58,164 bases of DNA, from IMG/VR virus record IMGVR_UViG_3300012349_000006, positions 1 through 58,164 of that record; one strand, 5' to 3'. Numbering within the stretch: the first letter of the stretch is position 1; each line of letters begins with the position of its first letter. The position numbers were made by a program, and so were the translations under genes. The notes beneath the pieces are model-generated. The model worked only from the letters and a program-made list of their open reading frames with translations, was not told the DNA's origin and did no database searches. The DNA comes from a virus. Its lineage: Duplodnaviria; Caudoviricetes. Shown here piece after piece: positions 57,159-58,164 of this stretch.

Positions 57159-58163
57159 TTACACCTTGCCAGCAATGACGCAAAGCCACTCAGGACGAAT
57201 GTAAAGGAAGCCATACAGAACGTCAACGCGGGTAGCCAACTGATCACTGTTAGGAAGGTAATCAGTCAGAACGCGCATTGAAATGCCGTTGTAGACCGCT
57301 CTAGCTGCTTCCTCTACCGCCTTGCGGGGCAGAACCAAATCAGCAGTAGCCATCGTAACAGCCTTCTTAACAAAGGCGATAGACTTACGATAGATTTCAC
57401 TTGCCTTATTAACCAAGCGCACCTGTGCGCCGTTAACAGGCAGAGCGTCAACAGTTTGATACTGTACTGTAGTTCCAGCAGGAGAGCCAACAGGAGGGCC
57501 AACAATACCGGGATAGAGAGGAAGCTGAGTAGCGGTAGTGACAACATCAGCAGTCAAAACAAACTGCCTCAAAGTGCCAAGCGATTGCTTGGTGACACGA
57601 TTAACAGCGTTAACGTTATCAATCGTGACAATATCGCCTTTCTTAAAAGTGCCAGTGATAGCGTTGACAAGTAAGTTGCCGCCACCAGTACCAGTAGACT
57701 GACTACCGTTAACTGTGCCACCAGCACTAAAAGTACCAGTGGTATGTTTGATAACAGTCTGATCACGGAACCACTTGTCATAGCCAAGTCCTGACTTCAT
57801 CATGCCAGTGCGGTACTGTGCCGACAATTCAGTAGCCGGATTAAGCAAGCCCTGAAGCGAAACAGTAGTGAGAGCATCTGTAGTAGGATCATTCACCACG
57901 TTACGCGACATTTGATCGGCGGAATTGTCGTCAAGAACGGCATTCGCCAACAGGAATTGAGCAGAGCCGGGAGTAACCGTATTACCAGCACCGTCAACGT
58001 TGTTGACAAAATTGCTAACGCCACCTTCAGAACCAAGCATAATAGTAGCAGCAACGTTACCAGCAAGGTTATTGATCAGCGGAGACATGACCCGCTCCGC
58101 GTAATCGTCAAGGCTCATGGTACGTTCGGCAGAAGTGAAGGGAACGTCAATACCAGATTGAGT
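57159..58163 (-). CDS. major capsid protein, P22 coat-like (5' end outside the window)
   Basis: Frame open to the window edge (TQSGIDVPFTSAERTMSLDDY..); KKGDIVTI, ATADL, GISMR, RVDVLYG..IRPEW. Confidence 0.92.
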   Translation of the reverse strand, partial: TQSGIDVPFTSAERTMSLDDYAERVMSPLINNLAGNVAATIMLGSEGGVSNFVNNVDGAGNTVTPGSAQFLLANAVLDDNSADQMSRNVVNDPTTDALTTVSLQGLLNPATELSAQYRTGMMKSGLGYDKWFRDQTVIKHTTGTFSAGGTVNGSQSTGTGGGNLLVNAITGTFKKGDIVTIDNVNAVNRVTKQSLGTLRQFVLTADVVTTATQLPLYPGIVGPPVGSPAGTTVQYQTVDALPVNGAQVRLVNKASEIYRKSIAFVKKAVTMATADLVLPRKAVEEAARAVYNGISMRVLTDYLPNSDQLATRVDVLYGFLYIRPEWLCVIAGKV

Positions 58164-58164
58164 A

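Noticed and set aside
533-57787. Many opposite-strand or alternate-frame ORFs in the track (e.g. 3926..4141, 10908..11297, 22321..22947, 40028..40441, 48433..48768)
   Set aside because: They lie inside well-supported genes, lack recognisable motifs, and look like shadow frames

Overview
Near-complete, circularly permuted genome of a ~60 kb tailed phage with P22-type (podovirus) morphogenesis genes. The window starts in a probable scaffold gene and ends inside the major capsid gene. Minus strand 1-16 kb: scaffold fragment, a 1013-aa virion-type protein, portal, TerL, an 8-gene cassette and a probable TerS. 16-32 kb: leftward early region of small ORFs (KTSC, DUF2786, ParB-like, VRR-NUC), a candidate iteron origin and a primase-polymerase. 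Plus strand 32.7-43 kb: replication operon (Sak4-like ATPase, SSB, exonuclease, SF2 helicase, beta-clamp-like protein, family-B polymerase). Minus strand 43-58 kb: lysis genes, SGNH esterase, tail fibre, ejection proteins, tail hub, adaptor and coat. I saw no integrase, repressor, tRNA or CRISPR array. GANTC appears to be avoided, suggesting an alphaproteobacterial host. Most striking: the tail fibre and seven of the eight genes between terS and terL (including a GH74-like double beta-propeller) begin with Sec-type signal peptides, and all eight predicted mature chains have an even number of cysteines. This suggests a set of exported, disulfide-bonded virion appendages that fold in the periplasm. 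Several structured non-coding RNA candidates also occur, one complementary to the RBS of the parB-like gene. All family assignments come from motif recognition by eye, not database searches.
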